From Nitrososphaeria archaeon (GTDB lineage: Archaea > Thermoproteota > Nitrososphaeria > Conexivisphaerales > UBA164), in NCBI GenBank assembly GCA_049976505.1, contig JBMFIC010000002.1, positions 21,765 through 85,764 on the forward strand: a stretch of 64,000 nt of DNA, written 5' to 3'. A model generated the notes under the pieces. The model worked only from the letters and a program-made list of their open reading frames with translations. It was not told the origin of the DNA and searched no databases. The first letter of the stretch is position 1; every line of letters begins with the position of its first letter. A program made the translations under genes and the position numbers. This document shows, in pieces, positions 28,702-38,582 of the stretch.

Positions 28702-29163
28702 TTATACTAAAAGCTCGAATGTCTTGGCCCTGTACCTCAGTGATATGAAGGTTTCTGTGTATGTTACGCCATCTATGGCTCCCACCTTATCCGTTATAAG
28801 CGTGTGTAGCTCCTCAATAGATTTTGCCTTAAGGAAGACCAGAAAGTCGTATCTTCCTGTAACCTCAATAACCTGTCTGACCTCAGGCATCTTGTAGAGC
28901 GTGTCATATACGGAGTCCCTTTTCTTCGACTCAGCGTTTATACCTATAATAGCTAGCACCTTCCAGCCGAGAAGCTCCTCGTTAACCACCGTGGTGAACC
29001 CTACTATGTATCCAAGCTTCTGAAGCCTTCTGATCCTTGAATACACGACGCTTGGATCCAGGTTTAGCTTCTTGCTGAGCTTTGGTATGCTCTGGCTTGC
29101 ATCCTTTGTAAGCTCGGTTAAAATTTTGATGTCTTTCTCATCTATTTTTAGTGATTTTTGCAT
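28702..29163 (-). CDS. Lrp/AsnC family transcriptional regulator
   Basis: HTH (IDEKDIKILTELTKDASQSIPKLSKKLNLDPSVVYSRIRRLQKLGYI) plus a RAM/ACT-like C-terminal domain. Confidence 0.9.
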   Translation of the reverse strand: MQKSLKIDEKDIKILTELTKDASQSIPKLSKKLNLDPSVVYSRIRRLQKLGYIVGFTTVVNEELLGWKVLAIIGINAESKKRDSVYDTLYKMPEVRQVIEVTGRYDFLVFLKAKSIEELHTLITDKVGAIDGVTYTETFISLRYRAKTFELLV

Positions 29164-29221
29164 ACCGCTTAAGCTTTAATAAAAATAAAAATTAAATCTT
29201 TTCTCAAAACTTTATAAAAAT

Positions 29222-30181
29222 TCAAATTTCTGGAAGATTAAGGGCTGCCTTCAGGCCCTTGTATCTGTTTCTTATGGTAACCTCTGTTACGCCAGCTGCC
29301 TCCGCTATGTCCTTCTGCGTCTTGTTCTCTCCCTCCAGCACGCATGCCACGTAGAGGGCTGCTGCGGCCAGCCCCATCGGATCCTTGCCCGCTGATATGC
29401 CTGCTGCCATGGCCTTCTTTATGATTTCAATGGCCTTCCTTGTTGTCTTCTCGCTGAGTCCGGCCTTGGCGGCTATCCTGCTCACCGATTTTACTGGATC
29501 TATTATTGGCATCTTAAGATCCAGCTCCCTGACTATCAGCCTGTAACACCTGGCTATGTCCTTCTTCTTAATGCTGGAAACCGCGGCTATGTCCTTGAGA
29601 GTTCTGGGGACCTCAAGGGCCCTGCATGCAGCGTAGAGAGAAGCCGCTATCAGGGCGCTTATGCTCCTTCCCCTTACAAGTCCCTTCTCGAGGGCCTTTC
29701 TGTATATATAAGCGGCCCTCTCAACGACGTTCTCGGAGACGCTGAGCTTGTCCGCGAGCCTGTCAAGCTCATTGAACGCCTGCCTGAGGTTTCTCTCCGC
29801 GGGCTCGTGTATCTGGCTCCTGCTGTCCCACATCCTCAGCCTGTCGAAGGTGCTCTTGTTAAAGCCCGTTAGTGACTTACCAGAGGCATCCCTGTCTGCC
29901 TGATCCATCACCGTTGAAAGGCCCATGTCATGCATGGCTATTGAAAGCGGTATTCCAGCCCTGCTCCTGTCCTCCTTCTCTTCCTTTGAGAAGGCTCTCC
30001 ATTCTGGCTTCAGATCCTCAACCTTCTCCTTTATTACAAAGCCGCAGCTGGCGCAGATGATCTCCCCTGTGTTAACGTCCATAAGAAGGTCCTTTGAACC
30101 GCATCTTGGACACCTGTCAAGATTCTCCAGCTCTGATGGGTTAACCCTTTTGTACGACATATAAAAGGCCTCATTAAACAT
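29222..30181 (-). CDS. tfb: transcription initiation factor IIB (TFB)
   Basis: Zn ribbon CPRCGS...CASCG, B-reader and two cyclin repeats. The in-frame ATG at 30160 (MSYKRVN...) is an alternative start. Confidence 0.95.
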   Translation of the reverse strand: MFNEAFYMSYKRVNPSELENLDRCPRCGSKDLLMDVNTGEIICASCGFVIKEKVEDLKPEWRAFSKEEKEDRSRAGIPLSIAMHDMGLSTVMDQADRDASGKSLTGFNKSTFDRLRMWDSRSQIHEPAERNLRQAFNELDRLADKLSVSENVVERAAYIYRKALEKGLVRGRSISALIAASLYAACRALEVPRTLKDIAAVSSIKKKDIARCYRLIVRELDLKMPIIDPVKSVSRIAAKAGLSEKTTRKAIEIIKKAMAAGISAGKDPMGLAAAALYVACVLEGENKTQKDIAEAAGVTEVTIRNRYKGLKAALNLPEI

Positions 30182-30216
30182 GTAAATAGCTAATATATAA
30201 AGCTTTCTAAAAAAAT

Positions 30217-30738
30217 TTATATTCGATTTCTCTCATCGAGAAGCTCAGCATAGCTCTTCATTATCGGACTCCACTCCAAGCCTGCCTGGGTCAGGACCTC
30301 TCTGGCCTTATTAAGCTCCTCCGCTGTCCTCACCTCCACCTCAACGAACCTTCCAAGGCCCTCTACGTCATCTATTTCATAAATCAGCCCGTTAAGAAGA
30401 ACCCTGCTTCTCGCCTTTTTCACCCTGATGAAAGCTCTAAAACCCAAATGCTCGAATATTCTGAGCAGCGAGCTCCCATCTGACACCTCCACTTCTATTT
30501 CCTCCCTCGCCTTAACTGGTGCGTCAATCAGCGGTCCCTTATATGTGAGCCTATGGCCAGCAGCCGTGAACCTTATCCTCAGCGCTCGGCCTGACCTCTT
30601 AAGCCTCAGGTCTTCAAAATCGAGATAGATGTCAACCTGTTCCTCCCTTCCAAGAATCACCCCTCCTTTTTTCAGAAGGAACTCTTCGAGGTTAACGTTG
30701 TCTGGGACTCTGAGCTTTGCCTCCATCTCAACGCTCAT
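30217..30738 (-). CDS. CYTH-domain protein (class IV adenylyl cyclase / triphosphatase family)
   Basis: EMEAKLRV (the ExExK motif) at the N-terminus and a beta-barrel-type repeat pattern. Start placed at ATG 30738. Confidence 0.7.
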   Translation of the reverse strand: MSVEMEAKLRVPDNVNLEEFLLKKGGVILGREEQVDIYLDFEDLRLKRSGRALRIRFTAAGHRLTYKGPLIDAPVKAREEIEVEVSDGSSLLRIFEHLGFRAFIRVKKARSRVLLNGLIYEIDDVEGLGRFVEVEVRTAEELNKAREVLTQAGLEWSPIMKSYAELLDERNRI

Positions 30739-30764
30739 GCTGATGTACATCATTGACGAGTAAG

Positions 30765-30772
30765 TTTTTATA
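30765..30772. promoter_or_regulatory. single shared TATA element (TTTTTATA/TATAAAAA) between divergent genes
   Basis: Lies 27 nt from ATG 30738 on the - strand and 23 nt from GTG 30795 on the + strand. Confidence 0.4.
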
Positions 30773-30794
30773 CTGTTTGCAAATAATTTTACAT

Positions 30795-31124
30795 GTGGAA
30801 ACAGACCAGCTTCTTGAGCTCATAAACGAAATAAATCAGAGCCTTGACAGGCTTCAGGCCCTTGCTAAGAAGTACCATGATGATCTTATAGAGCTCAGCA
30901 GAAACCTCGCGAGGGAAGCCCGCAGGCAGTACGTCGAAAAGGTAAAGCAACAGGCAGAGGCCATGATAAGCGCTTCTAGGCCTGAAATCGAAAAGGAAGC
31001 AGAGAGAGTTTACAACAGGTACGTTGAGCAGGCATCACGTCTCGAGAAGGTCTACAAGGACAACTGGAAGAACCTCAGGAGGCTAGCACTTCAGGAGATG
31101 ATCAGAAAGCTTGAAGGGAAGTGA
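30795..31124 (+). CDS. coiled-coil protein resembling A/V-type ATPase peripheral-stalk subunit H
   Basis: All-helical and charged (LAREARRQYVEKVKQQAEAMISASRPEIEKEAERVYNRYVEQASRLEK). A GTG 30795 start is inferred from TATA spacing; the ORF track starts at 30753. Confidence 0.35.
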   Translation: METDQLLELINEINQSLDRLQALAKKYHDDLIELSRNLAREARRQYVEKVKQQAEAMISASRPEIEKEAERVYNRYVEQASRLEKVYKDNWKNLRRLALQEMIRKLEGK

Positions 31125-31977
31125 AATATACGCGATCTCAAGGTCCAGATCTTTATTATCCAAGCTTCCTTCGCCTGATGAGATAGAGCGCCTTCTTGAG
31201 CTCACGAGCGAAAGGGAGCTGCTCGAAAGGATATCGAGAAGGATAGGATACGAAATACAGGCTGACAGCGTGGAATCATACCTTAAGGAGCTGGTGGGCC
31301 GAATAGCATATGAGCTTTCACAGCAGACGAAGGCGGCAATGGGCGAGGTTAAGGCGTTGGTCCTTGAAAACCTGAAGCAGGCCATCCTTTTTTCCATTAC
31401 CGCGGCGAAGCCCTCATACTACACATACTACATGCATCCTCTTGGGGAGGAGCTGATCAAGAGGGCTGAAGCCACGAGGGACGTATTAAGGCTTAAGCTA
31501 GGATCCTCAACCTACGATGCTCTGATTAAGTTCCCGCTGGACGTCTGGAATCAGACAGGCGACGTTGGCCTGCTTGATCTGGCCTTCAGAAAGGTGGAGA
31601 TAAGCGAAATCCTGAAGTCAGCCGGTTACAGCTACGGCACGCTTGCAATTGCAGAGCTTCACGACTACAGCGTGTGCTCGTTTGTCAGAGCACCCATCGC
31701 GGACGAGCTGGTGATAAGACAGAGGCCAAGATGCAGGGATCTGCTTGAGGTTATCTCAATGTTATCCAAGAAGTATCACGTCGAGGCGGACAACTTTGAC
31801 ACGCTGTACGTCAAAGCTCTACTCGCTGCAATCAGGAATGATCTGTCAAGCTTCTCGCCGCTGAACGCCGTGAGCGCTATTGAGCTCCTTAAGCTATATG
31901 AGAAGGTGCTCAGGATAGTCAAAAACAAAATAACGGAGAATATAAAGACGGAAACAGCAAAAAAGCTTATTTCCTGA
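31111..31977 (+). CDS. A/V-type ATPase subunit C (AC39/d)-like protein
   Basis: YAISRSRSLLSKLPSPDEIERLLE resembles the Y-x-NARVRA-L-L N-terminus of the family. LGSSTYDALI and the C-terminal ELLKLYEKVLRIVKNK resemble the family's repeated helical motifs. TTG start overlaps the upstream gene. Confidence 0.4.
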   Translation: MKGSEIYAISRSRSLLSKLPSPDEIERLLELTSERELLERISRRIGYEIQADSVESYLKELVGRIAYELSQQTKAAMGEVKALVLENLKQAILFSITAAKPSYYTYYMHPLGEELIKRAEATRDVLRLKLGSSTYDALIKFPLDVWNQTGDVGLLDLAFRKVEISEILKSAGYSYGTLAIAELHDYSVCSFVRAPIADELVIRQRPRCRDLLEVISMLSKKYHVEADNFDTLYVKALLAAIRNDLSSFSPLNAVSAIELLKLYEKVLRIVKNKITENIKTETAKKLIS

Positions 31978-31979
31978 TC

Positions 31980-33626
31980 TTACTCAGCGCTTCCAGATGA
32001 CTTCTTCTCTTCCTTCTCTGGGAGCTTGCTCGCGGCTATGAGGTCGTCTATCTTTATGATCATGCTTGCTGCCTCAGTGGCCGCCTTTATTATCTGTTCC
32101 TTGACCGCTAACGGCTCTATTACGTTGTTGGCCATCATGTCCTCAACCTTGCCCTTAAAGACGTTTATTCCTGCCCACTTCTGTCCCTTCTGGTGTGCCG
32201 CCTGAAGCTCTGGCAGTATGTCAAGCGGATCCAGGCCAGCGTTCTCAGCAAGAGTTAATGCCAGCATTTCCAGAGCCTCTGCAAAGGCAAGTGCGGCAAG
32301 CTGTATCCTTCCCTCTAGCGTCTGCGCCCACTTTCTGAGCTGGGTGGCTACCTCAATCTCCGCGGCGCCTCCGCCAGCTACTATGTATGGCTTCTCAAGA
32401 ACATCCTTGACGGTCATAAGAGCGTCGTGGATTGATCTTTCAGCCTCGTCAACAACTCTCTGTGCTCCTCCCCTTATAAGTATGCTGACCGCCTTGGGGT
32501 TCTTGCAGCCCTCGACAAAGACCCATCTGTCCTCCTCGATCTTCCTCTCCTCAACGAGCTCAGCATATCCGAGATCCTCTGATGAAAGGTCGTCAATGCT
32601 TGTTACTATCCTTCCTCCAGTTGCCCTTGCCAGCTTGTCCATGTCGCTCATCTTTATCCTTCTGACCGCCATTATGCCCTCCTTGGCCAGGTAGTGCTGG
32701 GCCATGTCATCTATTCCCTTCTGGCACAGCACAACGTTAGCGCCAACCGACTTTATCTTGTCAACCATCTGCTTAAGTATTCTGGTCTCTTCATCGAGGA
32801 ATGCCTTCATCTGCTCCGGATCGGTTATATTAATCTTTGCATCTATTTCCGTCTTCTCGATCTCCAGCGGGGCGTTAAGAAGCGCGATCCTGGCATTGCG
32901 AACCACCTTTGGCATGCTGGCATGGACTACCTCCTTGTCAATAACTACTCCCTTAATCAGCTGGGTGTTGGTTATAGAGCCTCCTGGCTTCTTCTCAACC
33001 TTTACGTTGTCTATGTCCACTTTGTACGCCCCATTCACCTTGTCAGCTACCTGCAGCACCGCGTCAACTATAAGGTTTGATAGGTAATCGGCCTCGGTTG
33101 ATACCATCTTAGTTGCGAGGGTCGTCATTGCGATCTTCTTCAGAACAGTCTTGTCGTCAGGATTGACCTTCTCCGCTATGTTTCTAAGTATCTTGAGAGC
33201 CTCCTGTGAAGCCCTCATGTAGCCGTCTATGATTATTGTTGGATGCACGCCCTTGTCTATCAGCTCTTCAGCCTTCTCCACGAGATGCCCAGCCAGCACT
33301 ACGGTAGATGTCGTCCCATCGCCGACCTCGTTGTCGGTAGCCTTGGCAATCTCGACCATCATCTTTGCTGCGGGATGCTGGATATCCATTTCTTTCAGGA
33401 TTGTAGCGCCATCGTTCGTAACAGTGACGTCTCCAAGGCTGTCAACGAGCATCTTGTCCATGCCCTTTGGTCCAAGTGAAGTCTTCACTATATCCCTGAC
33501 TATTTTAACGGCCTCAAAGTTGTTTCTCTGTGCTTCCTTGCCTCTCTTTTCCGTAGTTCCCTCCTTGAGGATCAGTATCGGTTGACCCGTTGATGTAACA
33601 GCAGGGATTGCAGTAGCATTAGCCAT
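31980..33626 (-). CDS. ths: thermosome subunit (group II chaperonin)
   Basis: [46 protein letters not shown] chose ATG 33626; the track's first codon is TTG 33629. Confidence 0.95.
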   Translation of the reverse strand: MANATAIPAVTSTGQPILILKEGTTEKRGKEAQRNNFEAVKIVRDIVKTSLGPKGMDKMLVDSLGDVTVTNDGATILKEMDIQHPAAKMMVEIAKATDNEVGDGTTSTVVLAGHLVEKAEELIDKGVHPTIIIDGYMRASQEALKILRNIAEKVNPDDKTVLKKIAMTTLATKMVSTEADYLSNLIVDAVLQVADKVNGAYKVDIDNVKVEKKPGGSITNTQLIKGVVIDKEVVHASMPKVVRNARIALLNAPLEIEKTEIDAKINITDPEQMKAFLDEETRILKQMVDKIKSVGANVVLCQKGIDDMAQHYLAKEGIMAVRRIKMSDMDKLARATGGRIVTSIDDLSSEDLGYAELVEERKIEEDRWVFVEGCKNPKAVSILIRGGAQRVVDEAERSIHDALMTVKDVLEKPYIVAGGGAAEIEVATQLRKWAQTLEGRIQLAALAFAEALEMLALTLAENAGLDPLDILPELQAAHQKGQKWAGINVFKGKVEDMMANNVIEPLAVKEQIIKAATEAASMIIKIDDLIAASKLPEKEEKKSSGSAE

Positions 33627-33633
33627 CAAATTT

Positions 33634-33640
33634 CACCTCC
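33634..33640 (-). promoter_or_regulatory. Shine-Dalgarno-like GGAGGTG before the thermosome ATG
   Basis: The complement reads GGAGGTG, followed by 7 nt and then ATG 33626. A palindromic TTTATAAA lies about 40 nt upstream. Confidence 0.5.
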
Positions 33641-33809
33641 AAAACCAATATCATTAATGATGTACCATTTATAAATTTAACTTTCTTTTTGTCCATTATG
33701 GAGAATGAAATTTTACAGGTCATGGAATTAATTGCGATCGTAGAGCTCAGGTTATCCTCAGCGTTCATAATAAAATTATTATATGTTTTAGAAAATAAGG
33801 TGTGGTGCA

Positions 33810-34751
33810 TTGAAAATAGTGTTCCTGGGAACTTCATCGGCCGTCCCCATTAAAGACAGAAACACAGTAGCGGTGTACGTTTCAACCACAAACGGTGCCT
33901 ACCTCTTTGACGCAGGGGAGGGTGTTCAGAGGCAGATGCAGCATGCAGGGCTTAACCCGAACAAGATAAAGGCCATCTTCATTTCTCATATACACTTCGA
34001 CCACGCGCTTGGGCTGCCAGGTCTTCTCATGACCATGGCTCTTATGACAAGAAGGGAGCCACTTACGATAGTTGGAACTAGGAAGCTGTTTGAGTTTCTT
34101 GAAATTCTTGACAGGAAGTTCTACATGGACCTAACCTACGATGTCGAGTTCATTGAGGCGAAGCAGGGGACGGTGTACAGGAACAGAGAAATAGAAGTTT
34201 CAGCATTCCCCACCCTTCACAGCACCGAATCCTTTGCGTTCAGGCTGTTCGAGCACAAGCTCAAGAGGCGCTTTCATCCGGAGAAGGCACAGGAGCTCGG
34301 AATACCCCGAGGGCCCCTCTGGAACAGGCTTCAGCTGGGCGAAAGCGTGCACTTTATGGGCAGGACGATAACGCCCGACATGGTCAGCGATCCACCGCCC
34401 CCACCGATCTCGGTGTGCGTGAGCGGAGACACGGCTTACTTTGAGCCGCTCGCTGAGTTCTTCAGGGGATGCGACGTTCTTATACACGAGTCAACGTTCT
34501 CCAGGGATCTGAAGGAGAAGGCTGCCGAGATGCTGCACTCAACATCCGAGCAGGCTGCCCTGATCGCACAGAAGGCGGGCGCAAGGCTTCTTGTCCTCTA
34601 CCATTTCAGCGAGAGATACAAGGACGTCTCTTTGCTCGAGAACGAGGCAAAGGCCATATTTCCGAGCACCGTCGCTGCAAAGGACTTCATGTGCATAAAA
34701 ATTGAAGATAACGATTTAAAGATATACGAAAGTATTCAACAGTGTGAGTAG
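33810..34751 (+). CDS. rnz: ribonuclease Z (metallo-beta-lactamase fold)
   Basis: HIHFDHALG (HxHxDH), a late H (LYHFS) and the typical N-terminus KIVFLGTSSAVP. TTG start. Confidence 0.85.
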   Translation: MKIVFLGTSSAVPIKDRNTVAVYVSTTNGAYLFDAGEGVQRQMQHAGLNPNKIKAIFISHIHFDHALGLPGLLMTMALMTRREPLTIVGTRKLFEFLEILDRKFYMDLTYDVEFIEAKQGTVYRNREIEVSAFPTLHSTESFAFRLFEHKLKRRFHPEKAQELGIPRGPLWNRLQLGESVHFMGRTITPDMVSDPPPPPISVCVSGDTAYFEPLAEFFRGCDVLIHESTFSRDLKEKAAEMLHSTSEQAALIAQKAGARLLVLYHFSERYKDVSLLENEAKAIFPSTVAAKDFMCIKIEDNDLKIYESIQQCE

Positions 34752-35613
34752 TTCTGCTGGAACGTACGTCTTGATCTCCTGGGACACGTCGGATTCTGTT
34801 CTTCTAACATATTATTTGATAACTGATGAAAAGGTCAGGCTTAGCGGCTATTATTCTATAAAGGCTGAGAGCAGGAAGATCGTTGGGTCTATTCTGAAGA
34901 TGGCAAAGAAGTTCAACGCGGAAAAGATTATTGTGCAGAACAGCCTCGGGCTCAGCAAGGAAAGGGTTCAGAACAACGGGCCTGGATCCTCCGACGACAG
35001 GAAATGGCTCGCCAAGCTGAGAAAGGTGGATCAGGTCTTCGATCTTCTCGTTCATCATCAGAAAGAATTAAAATGCGAAATAGTGGATCACGTCAAACCC
35101 TTTAACAGGTGTTCCTGGGGAAAATTTGTGAGAATCTACGAAAGCGGGGATATCGTCTTCGAGAACTTTACGCTCAAGCTACCCAGATCCTTTCTGGATT
35201 ATGCTGCCTACGTCTATGAGAGCTTCATAGTTCCCGGAATAACCCTGGTGAAGAAGATCGATGGCCATTCCGATCCTTTCATTGAGCTGGCCGGCCTCAG
35301 GATAAACGTTCCGCATGCCGAGCTTCCAGAGGGGTATATGATAGCCTGGATAAAGAAGGAGGAGGCCGAAAGCATAGACGTTGATATTTCCTATGGAAGG
35401 ACACGCTCAGCGGCCCTCAGGAAACACAGAAGAGGGGTTATTAGATCCATGATCAAGTGGATAAACGCTAGCAAGAACATATCTTTCATTACGGCGCTGA
35501 TCAACCTTGATCACAACAAGTTCAACGAATTCGTAAGAAAGCACAGAGCTCTTTCCCTCAGAAGCGAACAGACAAACGCGCATGGCTCAGACAACAATTC
35601 CTCTGGCCTTTAA
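34744..35613 (+). CDS. hypothetical protein (289 aa)
   Basis: GTG start overlaps the rnz stop by 8 nt. Core-like composition. I recognise no motif. Confidence 0.45.
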   Translation: MSSSAGTYVLISWDTSDSVLLTYYLITDEKVRLSGYYSIKAESRKIVGSILKMAKKFNAEKIIVQNSLGLSKERVQNNGPGSSDDRKWLAKLRKVDQVFDLLVHHQKELKCEIVDHVKPFNRCSWGKFVRIYESGDIVFENFTLKLPRSFLDYAAYVYESFIVPGITLVKKIDGHSDPFIELAGLRINVPHAELPEGYMIAWIKKEEAESIDVDISYGRTRSAALRKHRRGVIRSMIKWINASKNISFITALINLDHNKFNEFVRKHRALSLRSEQTNAHGSDNNSSGL

Positions 35614-36591
35614 TGAGCTGTAGATAAGATCTGCAGCATCAGGGAGCTCAAGTCTGCAGGTTCCCTTTCCTCTCCGAAGCTTAGCCAGGAGGTCGGACAA
35701 GCTTTCAGTCCTTTTTACGCATCCCTTCCTTTCCAGGAACCTCTCTATATCGGTTCTGTATGGAAAGAGGCTCAGGGTTTTGACACCGAGGAGCACGCTC
35801 TCAACGTTCATGGTGCCCCCGCCTCCGATGAACGCGAAAGCCTTTTCGAGGACGTTGGGCCCAAAGAAATCCCCGCCATAAATTATCAGGTTTCCATCTC
35901 TCTCGAGTTTCCTTTCATATCTCTTGAGAAGGATGACCTTTCTATCACTAGCCCTTTCTGATATCCTACGGGCTATATCTTCAAAGCTGGCATGCTTTTT
36001 AACGTACGATGCCATGTGCTCTGTTTCCCTTATCACGATCGCCCCCTCGGATTCCCTCTCTATATCGTTTTTTTCCGGCCAGATCTCCTTCCTGTAAAGC
36101 CATGCGGTGGGATCCAGGCTCCTGTAGGCTATTATCCTGTTGGAGCTGATTCCGTACGCAGTGAACCTTTTCTTCCTTATAACCCACGGTGCTAACAGGT
36201 ATTTGGAAAGGGGAACCGTGAGCCTGCACACGAACTCGCTGTGGGGCGAGTCGCATATTAGTACGTGAGGTATCCCTAGACCAAAGGCGACCCTAGCCGC
36301 CTCTGGGCTCCCAAAAGATATTGCCAGAGATGGAGAAAGCCGAGATATAAGCCCTGCTAGAAGCTCGGTCCTCCTGACGCTTTCCTCGAGCTTTCTTCTT
36401 ATGTCCCCACCTCCGTGCCTCCCCACCACGTTGATCTTCGATCTGAGGCGTATCCTTCTCGAAACCCTTTCAAGCTCCTCGTATTCTCTGGTCGTCACGA
36501 TAATATCGTGAGATCCCCCAAGAAGCTTGTCCTCGAGAGCTTTCGTAAACAAATAGTGCTTGGGAGTTAGCGCGTCTATCCAGATCTTCAT
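35587..36591 (-). CDS. DUF354 family protein (GT-B/epimerase-like fold)
   Basis: MKIWIDALTPKHYLFTKAL...HDIIVTTREYEEL is the DUF354 N-terminal pattern. Confidence 0.7.
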   Translation of the reverse strand: MKIWIDALTPKHYLFTKALEDKLLGGSHDIIVTTREYEELERVSRRIRLRSKINVVGRHGGGDIRRKLEESVRRTELLAGLISRLSPSLAISFGSPEAARVAFGLGIPHVLICDSPHSEFVCRLTVPLSKYLLAPWVIRKKRFTAYGISSNRIIAYRSLDPTAWLYRKEIWPEKNDIERESEGAIVIRETEHMASYVKKHASFEDIARRISERASDRKVILLKRYERKLERDGNLIIYGGDFFGPNVLEKAFAFIGGGGTMNVESVLLGVKTLSLFPYRTDIERFLERKGCVKRTESLSDLLAKLRRGKGTCRLELPDAADLIYSSLKARGIVV

Positions 36592-37379
36592 CCTCTCACC
36601 ATTTTCATGAGCTTCCTGACCCTGTTAACGTCAACCTCGTTCTCGATAGAGCCATCGCGTTTCAGATACGTGCCGACGATGGCCCCATCGGCGTACCTGA
36701 GCAGATCTGAGGCGTTGTCCTCGGTGAGACCGCTGCCGACGATCACCGGTACCCTCACTGCTTCCTTAACCGATCTGATTTCCTCGGGTGACGGAGGGCT
36801 GCCTGTTCTGGAGCCAGTAACTATTACCGCGTCCGCCATGCCCCTTTCCACAGCATCCATGGCGGCTTCGCTGATCTGCCTCTGAAGCATAGGATAAGAG
36901 TGCTTAACGTGCACATCAGCCAAAATGGCAACCCTTGATCCGAGCTGGGCCCTTAGCCTTAGGAGTTCGGCACCGCATCCCTCAATTATACCCTGATCCG
37001 TAACGTACGCCTCGCTCAGAACGTTGACTCTGATGTAGCTTAACGAAAAAGCCTCCGCAATGGAAAGGGCACCCGAGCATCCGTTTCTGAGAAGGTTCAC
37101 GCCCATCGGGACTTTGAGCTCCTTCTTTAGCTCGCAGACAACCCTTGAAAATGAGGCTATAACTTCAGGCCTGCCGCTTGGATCCTTAAAATAAGGAACG
37201 TCGCCCAGGTTTTCGACAAGAACACCATCTATTCCACCCTCCTGAAGGGCTCTCAGATCCCTAAGAGCGCTGCTTATCACCTCGTCAAGAGCACCTGCTG
37301 AGCCTGGGGAGCCGAGAAGTGGCTTCAGATGAATCATGCCGATGATAAACGGCCTGCTCCTGAACGGCAGCTCAATCAT
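36588..37379 (-). CDS. BtpA/SgcQ family TIM-barrel protein
   Basis: GMIHLKPLLGSPG, then GIDGVLVENLGDVPY and VNLLRN, typical of the BtpA family. Coupled to the DUF354 gene. Confidence 0.75.
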   Translation of the reverse strand: MIELPFRSRPFIIGMIHLKPLLGSPGSAGALDEVISSALRDLRALQEGGIDGVLVENLGDVPYFKDPSGRPEVIASFSRVVCELKKELKVPMGVNLLRNGCSGALSIAEAFSLSYIRVNVLSEAYVTDQGIIEGCGAELLRLRAQLGSRVAILADVHVKHSYPMLQRQISEAAMDAVERGMADAVIVTGSRTGSPPSPEEIRSVKEAVRVPVIVGSGLTEDNASDLLRYADGAIVGTYLKRDGSIENEVDVNRVRKLMKMVRG

Positions 37380-37480
37380 GAAGCTTATAGATCATCAGCA
37401 TTTATAAAAATTTAAGCCGTACAGCCCTTTTTGAAAGGAAAGAGTTAAAAACTAACTCCTGAACTCCTTAATGACCGATA

Positions 37481-38533
37481 ATGAGCGTGGACTGGGATGC
37501 GCATTCAAAGGCGTTCGACAGCCTTCTTGAGGCAATAGGAAGAACACCTATGGTAAAGCTGCAGAAAATACCGAAGGACGCAGGAATAAACGCCACAATT
37601 TACGCAAAGCTTGACTATCTGAATCCCTCAGGCAGTCTCAAGGATAGGGTCTATTACAGGATGATCACCGAGGCCATAAAGAGGGGAGATCTGAAGCCAG
37701 GGATGGAAATAATAGAGGTAAGCACCGGAAACGCCGGCATCGCATGCACGTGGATAGGAACGCTGCTTGGCTACAAGGTAACCATAGTTATGCCGGCCGG
37801 TATGTCGGAGGAAAGGAAGAAGCTGATTAGGGCGCTTGGCGGCAACATAATTGAGACGCCAGGAGCTGAAAGCGATGCTGACATATCGTACCAGGTTGCC
37901 ATGAAGATGTGGAAGGAGCACCCTGACAAGTACTGGTTCCCTGATCAGTACTCAAACCCGGACGCCATTGCAGCCCATCACGACACAACTGGAGCTGAAA
38001 TTTGGGAACAGACCGGAGGAAAGGTCGATGCCCTGGTCCTGACTCAGGGAACCGGTGGAACGCTTACAGGCGTCGGAAGATATCTCAGAGAGAGGAATCC
38101 AAAGGTCAAGCTCTACGCTGTTGAGCCGTCAGAAGCCCCAATGCTATCAAAGAGGAAGTGGGGAAGCCACAAGATCGAAGGAATAGGAGACGGATTTGTT
38201 CCAAGGAACCTCGACGTAAGCATGCTCGACGGCGTGGTAACCGTTACATCAGATGAAGCTATATACTATGCTAAGCAGCTAATGCTCAAGGAGAAGATCC
38301 TGGCAGGAATCTCATCAGGTGCCAACGTAGCTGCGGCGATAAAAGTTGCTAAGAAAAACCCTGAGCTCAAGCACATAGTCGTCATGATGAACGACTCGGC
38401 AATGAGGTACTTCACCACTGAGCTCTTTGACGTTAAGAAGCACGTGGAGATACCTGAAAGAGAGCATCCTATCGATGAGTACACCAAGGAGCAGCTGGAC
38501 AAATATCAGTCAAGATGGGAAATAATTGAGTAA
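37481..38533 (+). CDS. PLP-dependent cysteine synthase / cystathionine beta-synthase family enzyme
   Basis: LNPSGSLKDR (PLP lysine), STGNAGIA, GTGGTLTG loop and SSGAN. Confidence 0.85.
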   Translation: MSVDWDAHSKAFDSLLEAIGRTPMVKLQKIPKDAGINATIYAKLDYLNPSGSLKDRVYYRMITEAIKRGDLKPGMEIIEVSTGNAGIACTWIGTLLGYKVTIVMPAGMSEERKKLIRALGGNIIETPGAESDADISYQVAMKMWKEHPDKYWFPDQYSNPDAIAAHHDTTGAEIWEQTGGKVDALVLTQGTGGTLTGVGRYLRERNPKVKLYAVEPSEAPMLSKRKWGSHKIEGIGDGFVPRNLDVSMLDGVVTVTSDEAIYYAKQLMLKEKILAGISSGANVAAAIKVAKKNPELKHIVVMMNDSAMRYFTTELFDVKKHVEIPEREHPIDEYTKEQLDKYQSRWEIIE

Positions 38534-38550
38534 AAATCGATCCAACTGGT

Positions 38551-38582
38551 AAAACAAAAAATTTTTTGCTTTTTTCGTTTTT
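38551..38582. terminator. bidirectional oligo-T/oligo-A terminator region between convergent genes
   Basis: AAAACAAAAAATTTTTTGCTTTTTTCGTTTTT gives T-runs on both strands immediately after both stop codons. Confidence 0.5.

Noticed and set aside
32218-33585. Multiple + strand ORFs (118-158 aa) within the thermosome gene.
   Set aside because: They are shadow ORFs antisense to a clear group II chaperonin gene, with Ser/Leu-rich translations.
33619-33837. A 72-aa - strand ORF in the thermosome/RNase Z intergenic region.
   Set aside because: It overlaps both promoters and the rnz start. It is AT-rich with no motif and is most likely non-coding promoter DNA.
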